Of a stretch of 64,000 nucleotides of DNA, positions 1-8,472 are shown one piece after another. Position numbers and translations under genes: made by a program. Below the pieces are notes generated by a model. That model was not told where the DNA came from and searched no databases. It saw nothing but the letters and a program-made list of their open reading frames with translations. The stretch's first letter is position 1. Each line of letters opens with the position of its first letter. The DNA comes from a virus, in the IMG/VR virus record IMGVR_UViG_3300034062_002027; one strand, given 5' to 3'.

Positions 1-231
1 CGAGTTCACGTATTGCCCGCCCATGCACACGCCAACAATGTTGCCAGAGTCAGTTGTGGTGGATTTAACGAGAAAACCATCGCTGTTGATTACAACGGTA
101 TCGCCATCAAAGATGGCAGTGCCGAAGCCAGCAGCTACGGGAATCTGACGAATTGCACCTGCGTACGGCATGCCATCAATACGATTGATTGCTTGCAGGC
201 CGAAGGGTGCCGAAACGGTGGGGTAAGCCAT
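1..231 (-). CDS. head-module protein, first 77 codons only (gene continues past left edge); possible capsid accessory/cement protein
   Basis: ATG at 231-229 with GGAG 7 nt upstream. My translation MAYPTVSAPFGLQAINRIDGMPYAGAIRQIPVAAGFGTAIFDGDTVV... stays open to base 1. It follows the scaffold-like genes on the same strand. Function is guessed from position only. Confidence 0.45.
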   Translation of the reverse strand, partial: MAYPTVSAPFGLQAINRIDGMPYAGAIRQIPVAAGFGTAIFDGDTVVINSDGFLVKSTTTDSGNIVGVCMGGQYVNS

Positions 232-249
232 GTTTGGACTCCAAAAAAA

Positions 250-717
250 TTAAATGCCTTTACCGAAAGTGACCTTTGTGCTGCGCTCTTTGAAAAGCGG
301 CATACGCGGGTCGTTCTCTCGCATGTAGGTGTTATCCACTGATTGCATCTGCGCATCTGCCTGTTGGGCGTAATACGCGTTCCGCTGCTCGGTGAACTCC
401 ACAGGTGTTTTGCAAAGCAACAAGCCACCAACTTCGATGCTGTCGGGGTAGTGGTTTTGCCCACTATTAAACAAGCGAATCTCAGGATGATCTGATGCTT
501 TAACGGGCTCCCAGCCCTCTCGCCATTTGCCGGAAGCGTTCATGGCATCAGCCTTGCCAAGCGTGGCAATCCGAATCCAGCGATAAGCGTAACCCTCTTC
601 CGGTGTCGGATCGGGCAAAAGCTGGGGTGGCATCCATTTTTTTGGACGCTCGGTTGTTTCACGCGTTTGCAGAGCACGAGGCTCGCGGTTATCAAGTTCT
701 GTTTTAGCCATTTTCAT
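250..717 (-). CDS. hypothetical head-module protein (155 aa)
   Basis: ORF-track ORF whose start overlaps the stop of the upstream scaffold-like gene by 4 nt (coupling). No diagnostic motif seen. Confidence 0.55.
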   Translation of the reverse strand: MKMAKTELDNREPRALQTRETTERPKKWMPPQLLPDPTPEEGYAYRWIRIATLGKADAMNASGKWREGWEPVKASDHPEIRLFNSGQNHYPDSIEVGGLLLCKTPVEFTEQRNAYYAQQADAQMQSVDNTYMRENDPRMPLFKERSTKVTFGKGI

Positions 718-1670
718 TTCCTCATTTCTGCCGCAACTGCACGGGCGTACTGCTCATTCGTCAGTCCCAACCGCTTAGCGAGTTCCACCTGCGTCCTTGT
801 CAGCACGATCTTTTTAGGCGCTGTGCTGCGAGTTGCTGGTGCAACAACATTCGATTTCTTTGGAGAAGGAGTCGCATCCCCCAAAACTTCAGTATCCCCG
901 GACTCGAACGCATCCGGAAAGACTTGTTTCATACGAGCATCGATGCGCTCGTAATATTCAGACGATGACGGCGTAATTCCAGATTTAACCAGCTTGTTGT
1001 GGAACCCCAATGCAAAGCTGGTCATCTCGTCGTCATTGCCAAACCATGTGTTCTTATCTGTCCATTCCTGAGTTTTCGCATCAAGTTTGGGCCGAACTGG
1101 TTCAGCGGTAGGTATTTGTACCTGTTTTTCCTGCTCTTGTACAGGTGCTGGCCGAAAATTGTTTACACGCTCAGCTTTCATCTGAATCGAGGTCATTTTC
1201 AACTGGGCCGCAGTCAAGGCGTCAGAATCGCCACTTTCGTGAGCGGCCTTGAACTCTCGCTGCGCGTCCGCCAGCTCACTGGCTACAACCTTTTTAGCCT
1301 GCTCGAGGAGGGCGCTCTGGCCTTGGTGCAAGCTGCCTTTGAGTTTTTTGTTCTCTTCGACAACCTGCTGGGCAAGACGTACGGCCTCTTCGCGTTCCCG
1401 CAAAGCAGACTCTTTGGCTCTACGCTCTTCGTGGTAGCCCTTGGTGAAGTGCTGAATGCGTTTACGAACGCCCTCGTCGTACTTGGAAAGCTCTTCGTCG
1501 GTTACATCCTTAGGAGGCTCTTCCATTGGCTTTCTGCCACGGTCCTCCTCGGGGGTGTCGTCAACAATCTCAACTTCTGGCTCGGCCTCTACAGCCTTTG
1601 ATCCAGCGCGGGATTGCTTTTCCTCCACCTCGTCGGGGAAGGTAAATTCGGTTTTGTCAATTTCTGCCAT
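714..1670 (-). CDS. putative scaffolding protein
   Basis: 318 aa with an acidic N-terminus (EPEVEIVDDTPEED) and a long E/K/Q/A-rich coiled-coil-like centre. Located downstream of the portal gene within the head-gene block. Confidence 0.55.
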   Translation of the reverse strand: MAEIDKTEFTFPDEVEEKQSRAGSKAVEAEPEVEIVDDTPEEDRGRKPMEEPPKDVTDEELSKYDEGVRKRIQHFTKGYHEERRAKESALREREEAVRLAQQVVEENKKLKGSLHQGQSALLEQAKKVVASELADAQREFKAAHESGDSDALTAAQLKMTSIQMKAERVNNFRPAPVQEQEKQVQIPTAEPVRPKLDAKTQEWTDKNTWFGNDDEMTSFALGFHNKLVKSGITPSSSEYYERIDARMKQVFPDAFESGDTEVLGDATPSPKKSNVVAPATRSTAPKKIVLTRTQVELAKRLGLTNEQYARAVAAEMRK

Positions 1671-1679
1671 GGTTCCTCC

Positions 1680-2081
1680 TTAAACGCGCTGAATGCCGCG
1701 TGGGTCTTCGACCACAGCCTCGACAGAGTCATCGTTGATGATCCGCCACTCGGTCCCGTGAATCTTCATTCGCGTTCCAGTGTTGGGTCTCACGATCACA
1801 AAGTCACCCACCTTGCAGCTTGGGCCGCTTGGGAAACGTTTCTCATCTTTGAATGCATCTGGCCCGATCTTTGCCACAAACAGCACGGGCGACAGCAGCT
1901 CTTCAAACTGCATTGTCTGGTTGGCTTTAAGTAAGCCGCCCTCGTACTCTTCCTTGGCTTCTGGGAGCATGCACAGAAGATGGTAGGTTTGCGGGTCTGG
2001 AATCTGTGTGGCCTTGTCCTCAACAGTCTTGTTGAGAAGGCCAGACAGATCAACCGCCTGAACATCAAAGTTAGTCGTCAT
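1680..2081 (-). CDS. GroES/Cpn10-like small protein (possible head-assembly co-chaperonin)
   Basis: 133 aa. The layout LLCMLPEAKEEYEGGLL...KIGPDAF...CKVGDFVIVRPNTGTRMKIHGTEWRIINDDSVEAVVED parallels GroES. Similarity judged by eye only. Confidence 0.35.
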   Translation of the reverse strand: MTTNFDVQAVDLSGLLNKTVEDKATQIPDPQTYHLLCMLPEAKEEYEGGLLKANQTMQFEELLSPVLFVAKIGPDAFKDEKRFPSGPSCKVGDFVIVRPNTGTRMKIHGTEWRIINDDSVEAVVEDPRGIQRV

Positions 2082-2268
2082 TGTCGTCTTTCAGTTTACG
2101 CACGAGGTCGCCAATTTCACGCTGTGCGGTCTGGAGACCTCGGATGACCCCGCACAACTCTCGGTAGTTGGCATAGTCTTTCGACTGGCCCACCACCAAA
2201 GCTTCTGAATGACTTTTGACATGCTCCTCAATTCTTTTGTTGAGAAGCTCCAAAATTTGGTTGTCCAT
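2071..2268 (-). CDS. hypothetical small helical protein (65 aa)
   Basis: ORF directly after the portal stop on the same strand, with an acidic C-terminus. Confidence 0.5.
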   Translation of the reverse strand: MDNQILELLNKRIEEHVKSHSEALVVGQSKDYANYRELCGVIRGLQTAQREIGDLVRKLKDDNDD

Positions 2269-2276
2269 GTTTCCTC

Positions 2277-4778
2277 TTAGTTCTCCGGCGATTTAGCAGC
2301 CGGTCTGTTTAAACGCTCCATCAGCTTAGCCTGCATCTTGGCGGATGCTTCCTGTTGCTTTTGGCTCATCTTTTGTTCAAACTCCTGCTGACGCTGAGCC
2401 ATCTCTTGCTCGTGCAGTTGTCTGTCCATGATCATTTCTTGCTGCATTTTTGCTGCGGCAACCTCCGGGTTCTCGCCCTGACGGTTTGCGGCCTCTTGGG
2501 CTTTGAGCTGAAGTTCTTGCTGGCGGACAGCCAAGTCGCCCTGAACCTTTTGCTCTTTGATTGAGGCGTCTTTCATCTTGATCTGCAGCTCTTGTTGCTG
2601 CATTTGGACCAGTGGGTCTTGGGCTTGTTGCTGGGCTTGCTGCTGAGCAGCCTGACCTTTGCTCTGAGCTAGAACCTGCTGGGATGCTTGAGCAACCAGA
2701 CGCGACAACTGAACCTCAACATCCTCTGGCAGGTCTTCATCGGGCTTGGGCATGGGCACGCCCAACTGCTCTTCGACCTTCTTGCGGTAGGCAAATGCCA
2801 AGTGCTCTGAGATGTGGGCCATGATTTCGGCCTGCATCTTTTGCGCTTGTGGGTTCTGACCAATCTGCGCGGCCATCAGGGGGTCTTGCATCAAAGCCAT
2901 GTGGACTGCGATGTGTGCGTCATGGTCTTGGTAGATGAACGCCTTGGTGGGCTTTCCGTTCAGAAATGCCATGTTCTCGCTGACTGGGTCGCGTGGCTTC
3001 ATGTCATCATCAATTGGAACCAGCTTGTCTGCGTTCTTGATTCCCAAGACCTCGATCATCTGACGGTGCAACTGCGGTAGGTCATAGATTTGAGGAGCCT
3101 GCGCGGCCAACTGAATCACAGCTTGGTACTGCATGATCCGCTGGGCCATTGTGGAGCTGTTTGGATCACTGACCGGGATAACCTCGACCATGTCGTAGTC
3201 TTCCCGCTTAGCCATGCGGTCACCGCCTTGGGGCTCGTACTCGTATTCGCTTGGGGTGTTGTCGCGGATGATTTCCTTGAGCAGTTTAAATTCCTGCTTC
3301 ATGGCGTAGTGGACCCGGGCTTGAACTGCGCTCATGGTTTTGAGTTGACGCTCCAGCAACGCCAGAGTTGTGCCGACAGGAGAGTTGGCACTCATGTCGC
3401 TGATGTTCATATCAGCGATGGAGCCCAGACGGCGGCCCTCTTCTGTGATGCGGTCAAGCAGAACAGCCAGAACTTGTGACGGCTCCTTGTATGGCAGGGG
3501 CATGATGTTGTCACGCACTGTGCCACCGGGCACGTCCACATCTCGCCATTCTCCGGGAGCGATTGGGGTGTCATCTCCTTTAATCCGCAGACCACGCGAC
3601 TTCAAGCCACCGGGCAGGTTGGACAGAGTTCCTGCGTCCACCAACTGACGGATCAGGGATGTACCCGCACGGGCATAGCCGCCGATCAGGTGGATGTAGC
3701 CGAAACCATAAGCGCCAAAACCGGGTACGTAGTCATACTGAACGAAATGCTGGCGCTTGATTTTTTTCTTGTCGGTCTCGTTCCAGTTACGGTAGACCGA
3801 CAGAACCTTGCTGGTTCCCTTGTCGATGGTAACGATGTAAGGAAGAGCAATGCCATCCTTGTCCTCGTACCCGGGCATGTCGTAGTCCACTTGAATCTCA
3901 AGGAACTGATAACGCTCGTCTTCGGTGACGGAGTAGCCCTGCTCTTCGGCTTTCTTTTTCTCCACATCGTTGTGGATCATGACGGGCTCACCCAGCTCAA
4001 CATCACGGTAGAAGCCTGCGACCTGAAGCTTCTTGACATCGTTCTTTGTCTTGCGCATCACATGGGTAACGCGCTCGGCAGAGCGAGCACCCGATGAGCC
4101 GTAGGGGATGACGATGTCTTCGGCGGGGCAGAAGATGGCTACCTGACGGCCAAGGCCGGGATCGAAGTAAACCTTCTTGAAGGCGGAGCCTGCCAGACCC
4201 AAGTTGAACAGCATGCGCTCATGCTCCGGGCGGTATTCAGGCATGCCGTCAACCAACTGGAAGTTCATGTCGGTGCGGACTCGCTCGGCTGCGTCTTCTT
4301 TCAATTTGTCGATTGCGCCAATGATCTGCGTTTTGACGGGGCCTTGAGCGGGGAAGGTCTCAATGATGGTCTCGGACTGGAAGCGGACTGCGGCTTCTGT
4401 CAGGAGGGTGGAGAAGACGCCACAGGCCCCCGTCCAAGGCTCGGTGCGCTCCTCATACTTCATGCCAAGGACCTCGAGCCCTCGCACATACATCTCTACC
4501 CATTCTTTACGAGATGAGATGTCAGATTCCACTTCTCCTACCAAGTCAGAGCCAAGCTTTTCAAGCTCACCCTCATCCATAAACTCTGCCAAGTTGGCCT
4601 CGAACGACTCCTCTTCTTCTGGCATAAGGTCGATTGCCATGCCGTCGATGCCGATGATTACATCGTCGGGGTTCTCGATGATGATCTCCACTGCGGGGGT
4701 GTCATCTTGAATCATGTCTGAGAAATCAATCCCCTCAGGGGCCGGGGAGAGAGACGAAACCATGCTGCTTGTTGCCAT
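2277..4778 (-). CDS. portal protein
   Basis: 833-aa ORF immediately downstream of terL, with size and position typical of a portal. The C-terminal ~170 aa are Q/A/E/K-rich and coiled-coil-like (QQQAQQQAQDPLVQMQQQELQIK...). Confidence 0.8.
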   Translation of the reverse strand: MATSSMVSSLSPAPEGIDFSDMIQDDTPAVEIIIENPDDVIIGIDGMAIDLMPEEEESFEANLAEFMDEGELEKLGSDLVGEVESDISSRKEWVEMYVRGLEVLGMKYEERTEPWTGACGVFSTLLTEAAVRFQSETIIETFPAQGPVKTQIIGAIDKLKEDAAERVRTDMNFQLVDGMPEYRPEHERMLFNLGLAGSAFKKVYFDPGLGRQVAIFCPAEDIVIPYGSSGARSAERVTHVMRKTKNDVKKLQVAGFYRDVELGEPVMIHNDVEKKKAEEQGYSVTEDERYQFLEIQVDYDMPGYEDKDGIALPYIVTIDKGTSKVLSVYRNWNETDKKKIKRQHFVQYDYVPGFGAYGFGYIHLIGGYARAGTSLIRQLVDAGTLSNLPGGLKSRGLRIKGDDTPIAPGEWRDVDVPGGTVRDNIMPLPYKEPSQVLAVLLDRITEEGRRLGSIADMNISDMSANSPVGTTLALLERQLKTMSAVQARVHYAMKQEFKLLKEIIRDNTPSEYEYEPQGGDRMAKREDYDMVEVIPVSDPNSSTMAQRIMQYQAVIQLAAQAPQIYDLPQLHRQMIEVLGIKNADKLVPIDDDMKPRDPVSENMAFLNGKPTKAFIYQDHDAHIAVHMALMQDPLMAAQIGQNPQAQKMQAEIMAHISEHLAFAYRKKVEEQLGVPMPKPDEDLPEDVEVQLSRLVAQASQQVLAQSKGQAAQQQAQQQAQDPLVQMQQQELQIKMKDASIKEQKVQGDLAVRQQELQLKAQEAANRQGENPEVAAAKMQQEMIMDRQLHEQEMAQRQQEFEQKMSQKQQEASAKMQAKLMERLNRPAAKSPEN

Positions 4779-4786
4779 GACGATCC

Positions 4787-6280
4787 TTAATAGAAGGCGG
4801 TTTTGCGCCGGAAATAACGCTGCTCTTCGGGCTCATCAGATTCAATCTGAATGAATCCACCTCTTCTAAATCGAAGCAAGGCTTGGCTTGTTGAGTCCAC
4901 AAGGTCGTCGTTTTCGCCGTTTGGGAACGCGGCCAACTCCTCCATCAACTCATCTGCCCATCGGGTTTCTGGACACCAAACAACTCCGGAAGCGAAAAGG
5001 TCTGAGATAGCGTTTACACGCGCAATCTTATCGCTTCCTTTGCCCGGTGTGTACTCCTCAAGCAAGATTCCTGTCTGCCGAAGCTCATAGATCAGCGGAG
5101 CGCCTGCCGCTTTCTTCTCCACAATCAGGGTATCTGGCTCCCATTCCTTGTACATCTCAAAAGCTTTTTGTTTAAGCTCAGGAAACTCCATGCGAGCTTT
5201 AAACGCATCCAGACAGATGATGTTGGTCTTCAGATTGCCCAAGCTGTCGGGGTGCTCGAAGATTCCCCACGTTGTGCAGGCTGAATAGTCTGCCCTGTTG
5301 GACTTTTCAAAGGCGGTATCCCAGCTTTGGATGATGTAATCGCACTGCGGAGCGGTGTCCGACTCCCAAATGCGCCACTGATCACGCTTAATGATCGCGC
5401 CTTCTTCGGATGTGGGGTTCTGTTGGTACTGCGCTTCCCATTTGGCGACAGGAATCTCAGCCTTGATGGCTTCAAGTTCCGTTTTCTTCCAAAATCCGGG
5501 CCACAAAGGGGTTCCTGAGGGCAAAATCGCAGGAAACTCTATAACTTCCCAGTCATCCACGCCATCTTTTGAGGCATTTTTAAGAATCTGCCCAGTCAAA
5601 TCTCTCTTTGACCAGCGCGTCATCACGATGATGATCGCTCCCCCGGGCTGTAAACGCTGACGAGGGCCGGATGTGTACCACTCATACACGTTGTCATACA
5701 CAGCGGGGTTGCCTTGCTTGGCCTCCTGCTCCGAATGCGGGTCATCAATGATCAGAAGGTCGGCTCCCTTACCCGTGACGGCTCCGCCGACACCAATAGC
5801 GAAGTAGTCGCCGCCTGCGTGGGTGTTCCAGCGACCTGCTGCCTTTGAATCAGAGGACAGTTTGGTGTCAAACACCCGGGAGAAGGCCTCAGAGGAGACC
5901 AAGTTCCTCACCTTCCGGCCAAAGCCTACGGCAAGTTCTGCGGTGTGGGCAGTCTGGATGATCTTTTTCTCCGGGAATCTGCCCAAGAACCACGCAGGCA
6001 GGAGGTAGGAGGCAAACTCAGACTTGGTGTGCCGAGGAGGCATGTTGATGATGAGCCTCTTGAGTTGCCCCTTGGCAACTCTCTCAAAAGCATTCGCCAT
6101 GATCTGGTGGTGCTTCCCAGAGATAAACCCCGGCCACATGTGGGAGGCGTAATAAATGAAGGACTCTTGGCACTTCTCCACTCTGTCGTACTCAAGAAGC
6201 ATCATGATCTTGGCACGCTCCGCCTCATCCACAAGAGGAATCAATGCCCGGTAATCCTCCACCTCCTTACGGCTCATCAT
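4787..6280 (-). CDS. terL: terminase large subunit
   Basis: 497 aa with P-loop-like NMPPRHTKS, Walker-B-like LLIIDDPHSE, and RNaseH-like nuclease motifs IIQSWDTAFE and ENDDLVDSTSQAL. Confidence 0.9.
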   Translation of the reverse strand: MMSRKEVEDYRALIPLVDEAERAKIMMLLEYDRVEKCQESFIYYASHMWPGFISGKHHQIMANAFERVAKGQLKRLIINMPPRHTKSEFASYLLPAWFLGRFPEKKIIQTAHTAELAVGFGRKVRNLVSSEAFSRVFDTKLSSDSKAAGRWNTHAGGDYFAIGVGGAVTGKGADLLIIDDPHSEQEAKQGNPAVYDNVYEWYTSGPRQRLQPGGAIIIVMTRWSKRDLTGQILKNASKDGVDDWEVIEFPAILPSGTPLWPGFWKKTELEAIKAEIPVAKWEAQYQQNPTSEEGAIIKRDQWRIWESDTAPQCDYIIQSWDTAFEKSNRADYSACTTWGIFEHPDSLGNLKTNIICLDAFKARMEFPELKQKAFEMYKEWEPDTLIVEKKAAGAPLIYELRQTGILLEEYTPGKGSDKIARVNAISDLFASGVVWCPETRWADELMEELAAFPNGENDDLVDSTSQALLRFRRGGFIQIESDEPEEQRYFRRKTAFY

Positions 6281-6507
6281 AGCGAAGCAACTTCCCGAAC
6301 ACTGCGGTCAATTACCCGGATGGAGTTGAACTGGTACGGCTTCACCGCAACCAATCCCTCATCCTTCAATTTATGGATGATCCGGTGAATGTTGGACTTA
6401 CTGCGCATGCTGAGACCCTTGGCAATCACAGCATAAGACGGCGATACACCATGAAGCTTGATGTAAGCCTTGATGAAGTCCAGCACCAATTTATGTTTCT
6501 CCGGCAT
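6277..6507 (-). CDS. winged-helix DNA-binding protein resembling the LexA N-terminal domain only (no peptidase domain)
   Basis: MPEKHKLVLDFIKAYIKLHGVSPSYAVIAKGLSMRSKSNIHRIIHKLKDEGLV matches the LexA-DBD/wHTH pattern. I prefer the start at 6507 (GAGG RBS) over the track start at 6564. The stop overlaps the terL start (ATGA). Confidence 0.6.
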   Translation of the reverse strand: MPEKHKLVLDFIKAYIKLHGVSPSYAVIAKGLSMRSKSNIHRIIHKLKDEGLVAVKPYQFNSIRVIDRSVREVASL

Positions 6508-6546
6508 AGCCACCTCGTGTAAACAGCGGTAGTTTAAACGCAAAAC

Positions 6547-6566
6547 GAACGTTCGTGCGAACATTC
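6547..6566. promoter_or_regulatory. imperfect 20-bp palindrome GAACGTTCGTGCGAACATTC, candidate operator upstream of the wHTH gene
   Basis: Contains the nested palindromes GAACGTTC and GTTCGTGCGAAC, about 40 nt upstream of the 6507 start, with a TATATAT stretch just upstream (6575-6590). Confidence 0.35.
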
Positions 6567-6807
6567 TGAAAAATATATATACCCCCGGGGGGTGGGGAAT
6601 TTGGAAGCAATGGGGGTATGTTGGGGAATGTGATGGGATGTGTGGATTACAGCGTAAGCGGGAGCGGGGCCGTCAGCGAGCATTTGGGGTGGTGGGGGAT
6701 GGGTGGGGTCGCCGTCCCAGCCGTTTACACGCACCGCCTGCCAGCCACAGGTGATAGTTCCCCCTCCCTGATGACCGTTGCCCTTCCCCATGCCTCTCCC
6801 CTTGCGT

Positions 6808-7446
6808 TTACACGGCCTTGGCCTTGAGTGGCTTCACGTTGTCCAGTAGCTTGAGGTGACCTGAGAGTTCCTTACGCAACTGCTCTGCGCTGACCTTCTC
6901 AGTGGTCTCTGCGGCCTGTGGTTGGAACATCCCTGCGGCTCTGCCCATGAGTTCCAAGGCCTTTAAACGGGAGCCTTCTTGCTTGCCTCCCTTGCTAAGT
7001 GCCAAAAGCTCTTTGAGCACATACCGTTTGGTTGCGGATACGTCTTCGGCTAAGACCTCGACTGTCTCCCCCCAAGCTTCCTGAAGTGCCTTCTGTATCC
7101 GTTCATCCTTGCTCAGTCTGTATGCACTGGATGTGATCACCTGATCATTGCCCTTGGCGTTTGGGTATGCATCCCTGTAGGCTTGTCTCATGGTTTTCCC
7201 AATGATCATGCCCTTTGTGAATTCCATCTGGCTTGCTGTCAATGGCTTGGGTCTGCTGTATGCATCTGCTCCCTTTGGCTTTCCATCTACTCTCATAGGC
7301 GGTGGGCTTGCGTGAGCGGCTAACCGTTCCGCTTCGCTCAGTTCTGCCTCATCCTCCCAGCCCTCGCCGTCTGTTTCATCCATCGCCTCCAGTGCGTCCA
7401 ACAGTTCGTTTTTGCTGGCCCGTCCCGGCATCCTTGTCTCATCCAT
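6808..7446 (-). CDS. terS: terminase small subunit
   Basis: 212 aa. LTASQMEFTKGMIIGKTMRQAYRDAYPNAKGNDQVITSSAYRLSKDERIQ resembles the HTH core of Terminase_2-type small terminases. It is the first gene of the leftward late block. Confidence 0.7.
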   Translation of the reverse strand: MDETRMPGRASKNELLDALEAMDETDGEGWEDEAELSEAERLAAHASPPPMRVDGKPKGADAYSRPKPLTASQMEFTKGMIIGKTMRQAYRDAYPNAKGNDQVITSSAYRLSKDERIQKALQEAWGETVEVLAEDVSATKRYVLKELLALSKGGKQEGSRLKALELMGRAAGMFQPQAAETTEKVSAEQLRKELSGHLKLLDNVKPLKAKAV

Positions 7447-7500
7447 CGCAGTTCCCCTGTAGTTTCATCCAGCCTGTGTGTTTACACAGCACCGTTCTCA

Positions 7501-7595
7501 TTATCCACAGCCTGTGCATAACGTCAAGTTATCCACAGCCACCTGTGGACAGTGTGGATAACCTTGTCCACACCTTATCCCCAGCTTTATTCACA
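7501..7595. promoter_or_regulatory. DnaA-box cluster (candidate replication origin or DnaA-controlled promoter)
   Basis: Perfect TTATCCACA at 7501-7509 and 7529-7537, and inverted at 7553-7561. One-mismatch boxes are TTGTCCACA at 7564-7572, TTATCCCCA at 7575-7583 and TTATTCACA at 7587-7595. Confidence 0.6.
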
Positions 7596-7793
7596 CCCTC
7601 TCTTTTGTGTACCACAGTGCTACTGCAACCATCAAATGTAAGCGCGAACTGTATAAACATACATGGCTCTAGAATCGATTTAAACAGGCCTTCCAGCCAC
7701 TTTGACCCTTACCCGCCACTACCCCCCTAGCTTCTCATTTGACCCCCCTTGCTGGCCGTTTTAACGAATATCAGTACTTGCTTATCCTTAACG

Positions 7794-7821
7794 AAAGTAC
7801 TCAGTTTCATGTGAGTACTTT
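7794..7821. promoter_or_regulatory. perfect 10-bp inverted repeat AAAGTACTCA-N8-TGAGTACTTT (operator or hairpin)
   Basis: Seen directly in the sequence. A third AGTACT lies at 7773-7778. The repeat sits in the 780-bp non-coding divergent region and is followed by TTT. Confidence 0.45.
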
Positions 7822-8226
7822 TTAGTCCAACTCACCAGAATGCACCCAACATATATAGATACACACCATCTGGCAGTCACCCTGTAGACCCCCTCACCAT
7901 CAGCACCCAGCACCTCATCATCTGGAGTACCCACACGGTTTACTCGGGTATTGTTTGACACCTGTTTACACACTAGTGGTATCATTCGTCCATGCACTAG
8001 CAATAGCGCTCCGGTGATCTCACCAGACCCTGTCCCCGGACAGTCAGTCAGCGGACAGCCCGCTCTAAGGTTGGTCTGAGGCGATACCCGCAAGGGAGCA
8101 AGTCAGACAGGGTTTAGCCCTGTAGCTGTCCACTGTGACGCTAGATAAAACTCTGACATAGATGCAACCGTCAAGCCCACTCTGTGGGCTTCGCAGTGCC
8201 ATCTTGCACATAACTGGAGAGACCAC

Positions 8227-8472
8227 ATGACCAAGACTCAAATCGCCAAAGCCTACGCCGCCCTGCAAGCCATCGGCGCACCAGTGTTCAACAAGCCTGA
8301 CTGGTTTGTGATCAGCGGTGAAGACAACTACGACAAAGACACCAAGGAATACAAAACTTGGGCACTCGCAGAGTTCGACTTCATGCACCCTGACATTGTC
8401 GCCATCCTGAAAAAGAACGGCCTCAATTACGAATGGTATGACGGCGGCACTGCAAAAATCTTCGCCGCCTGA
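8227..8472 (+). CDS. hypothetical early protein (81 aa)
   Basis: ORF preceded by the conserved ACTGGAGAGACC Shine-Dalgarno cassette. First gene of the rightward block. Confidence 0.6.
   Translation: MTKTQIAKAYAALQAIGAPVFNKPDWFVISGEDNYDKDTKEYKTWALAEFDFMHPDIVAILKKNGLNYEWYDGGTAKIFAA

Noticed and set aside
6547-6566. Alphaproteobacterial-type LexA box (GAAC-N7-GAAC / GTTC-N7-GTTC).
   Set aside because: The spacing here is N8, and the element is better described as nested palindromes. A CTGT-N8-ACAG SOS box is also absent.
6534-6827. ORFs 6534-6791 (-) and 6618-6827 (+) in the G-rich spacer.
   Set aside because: Their G/W/P-rich translations simply reflect the G-runs. They have no start context.
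7955-7985. Sigma70-like early promoter: TTGACA at 7955-7960 and TGG-TATCAT at 7977-7985.
   Set aside because: The spacer is 19 nt, which is suboptimal, and the element lies ~240 nt from the first early gene. It is plausible but too weak to call as a feature without TSS data.
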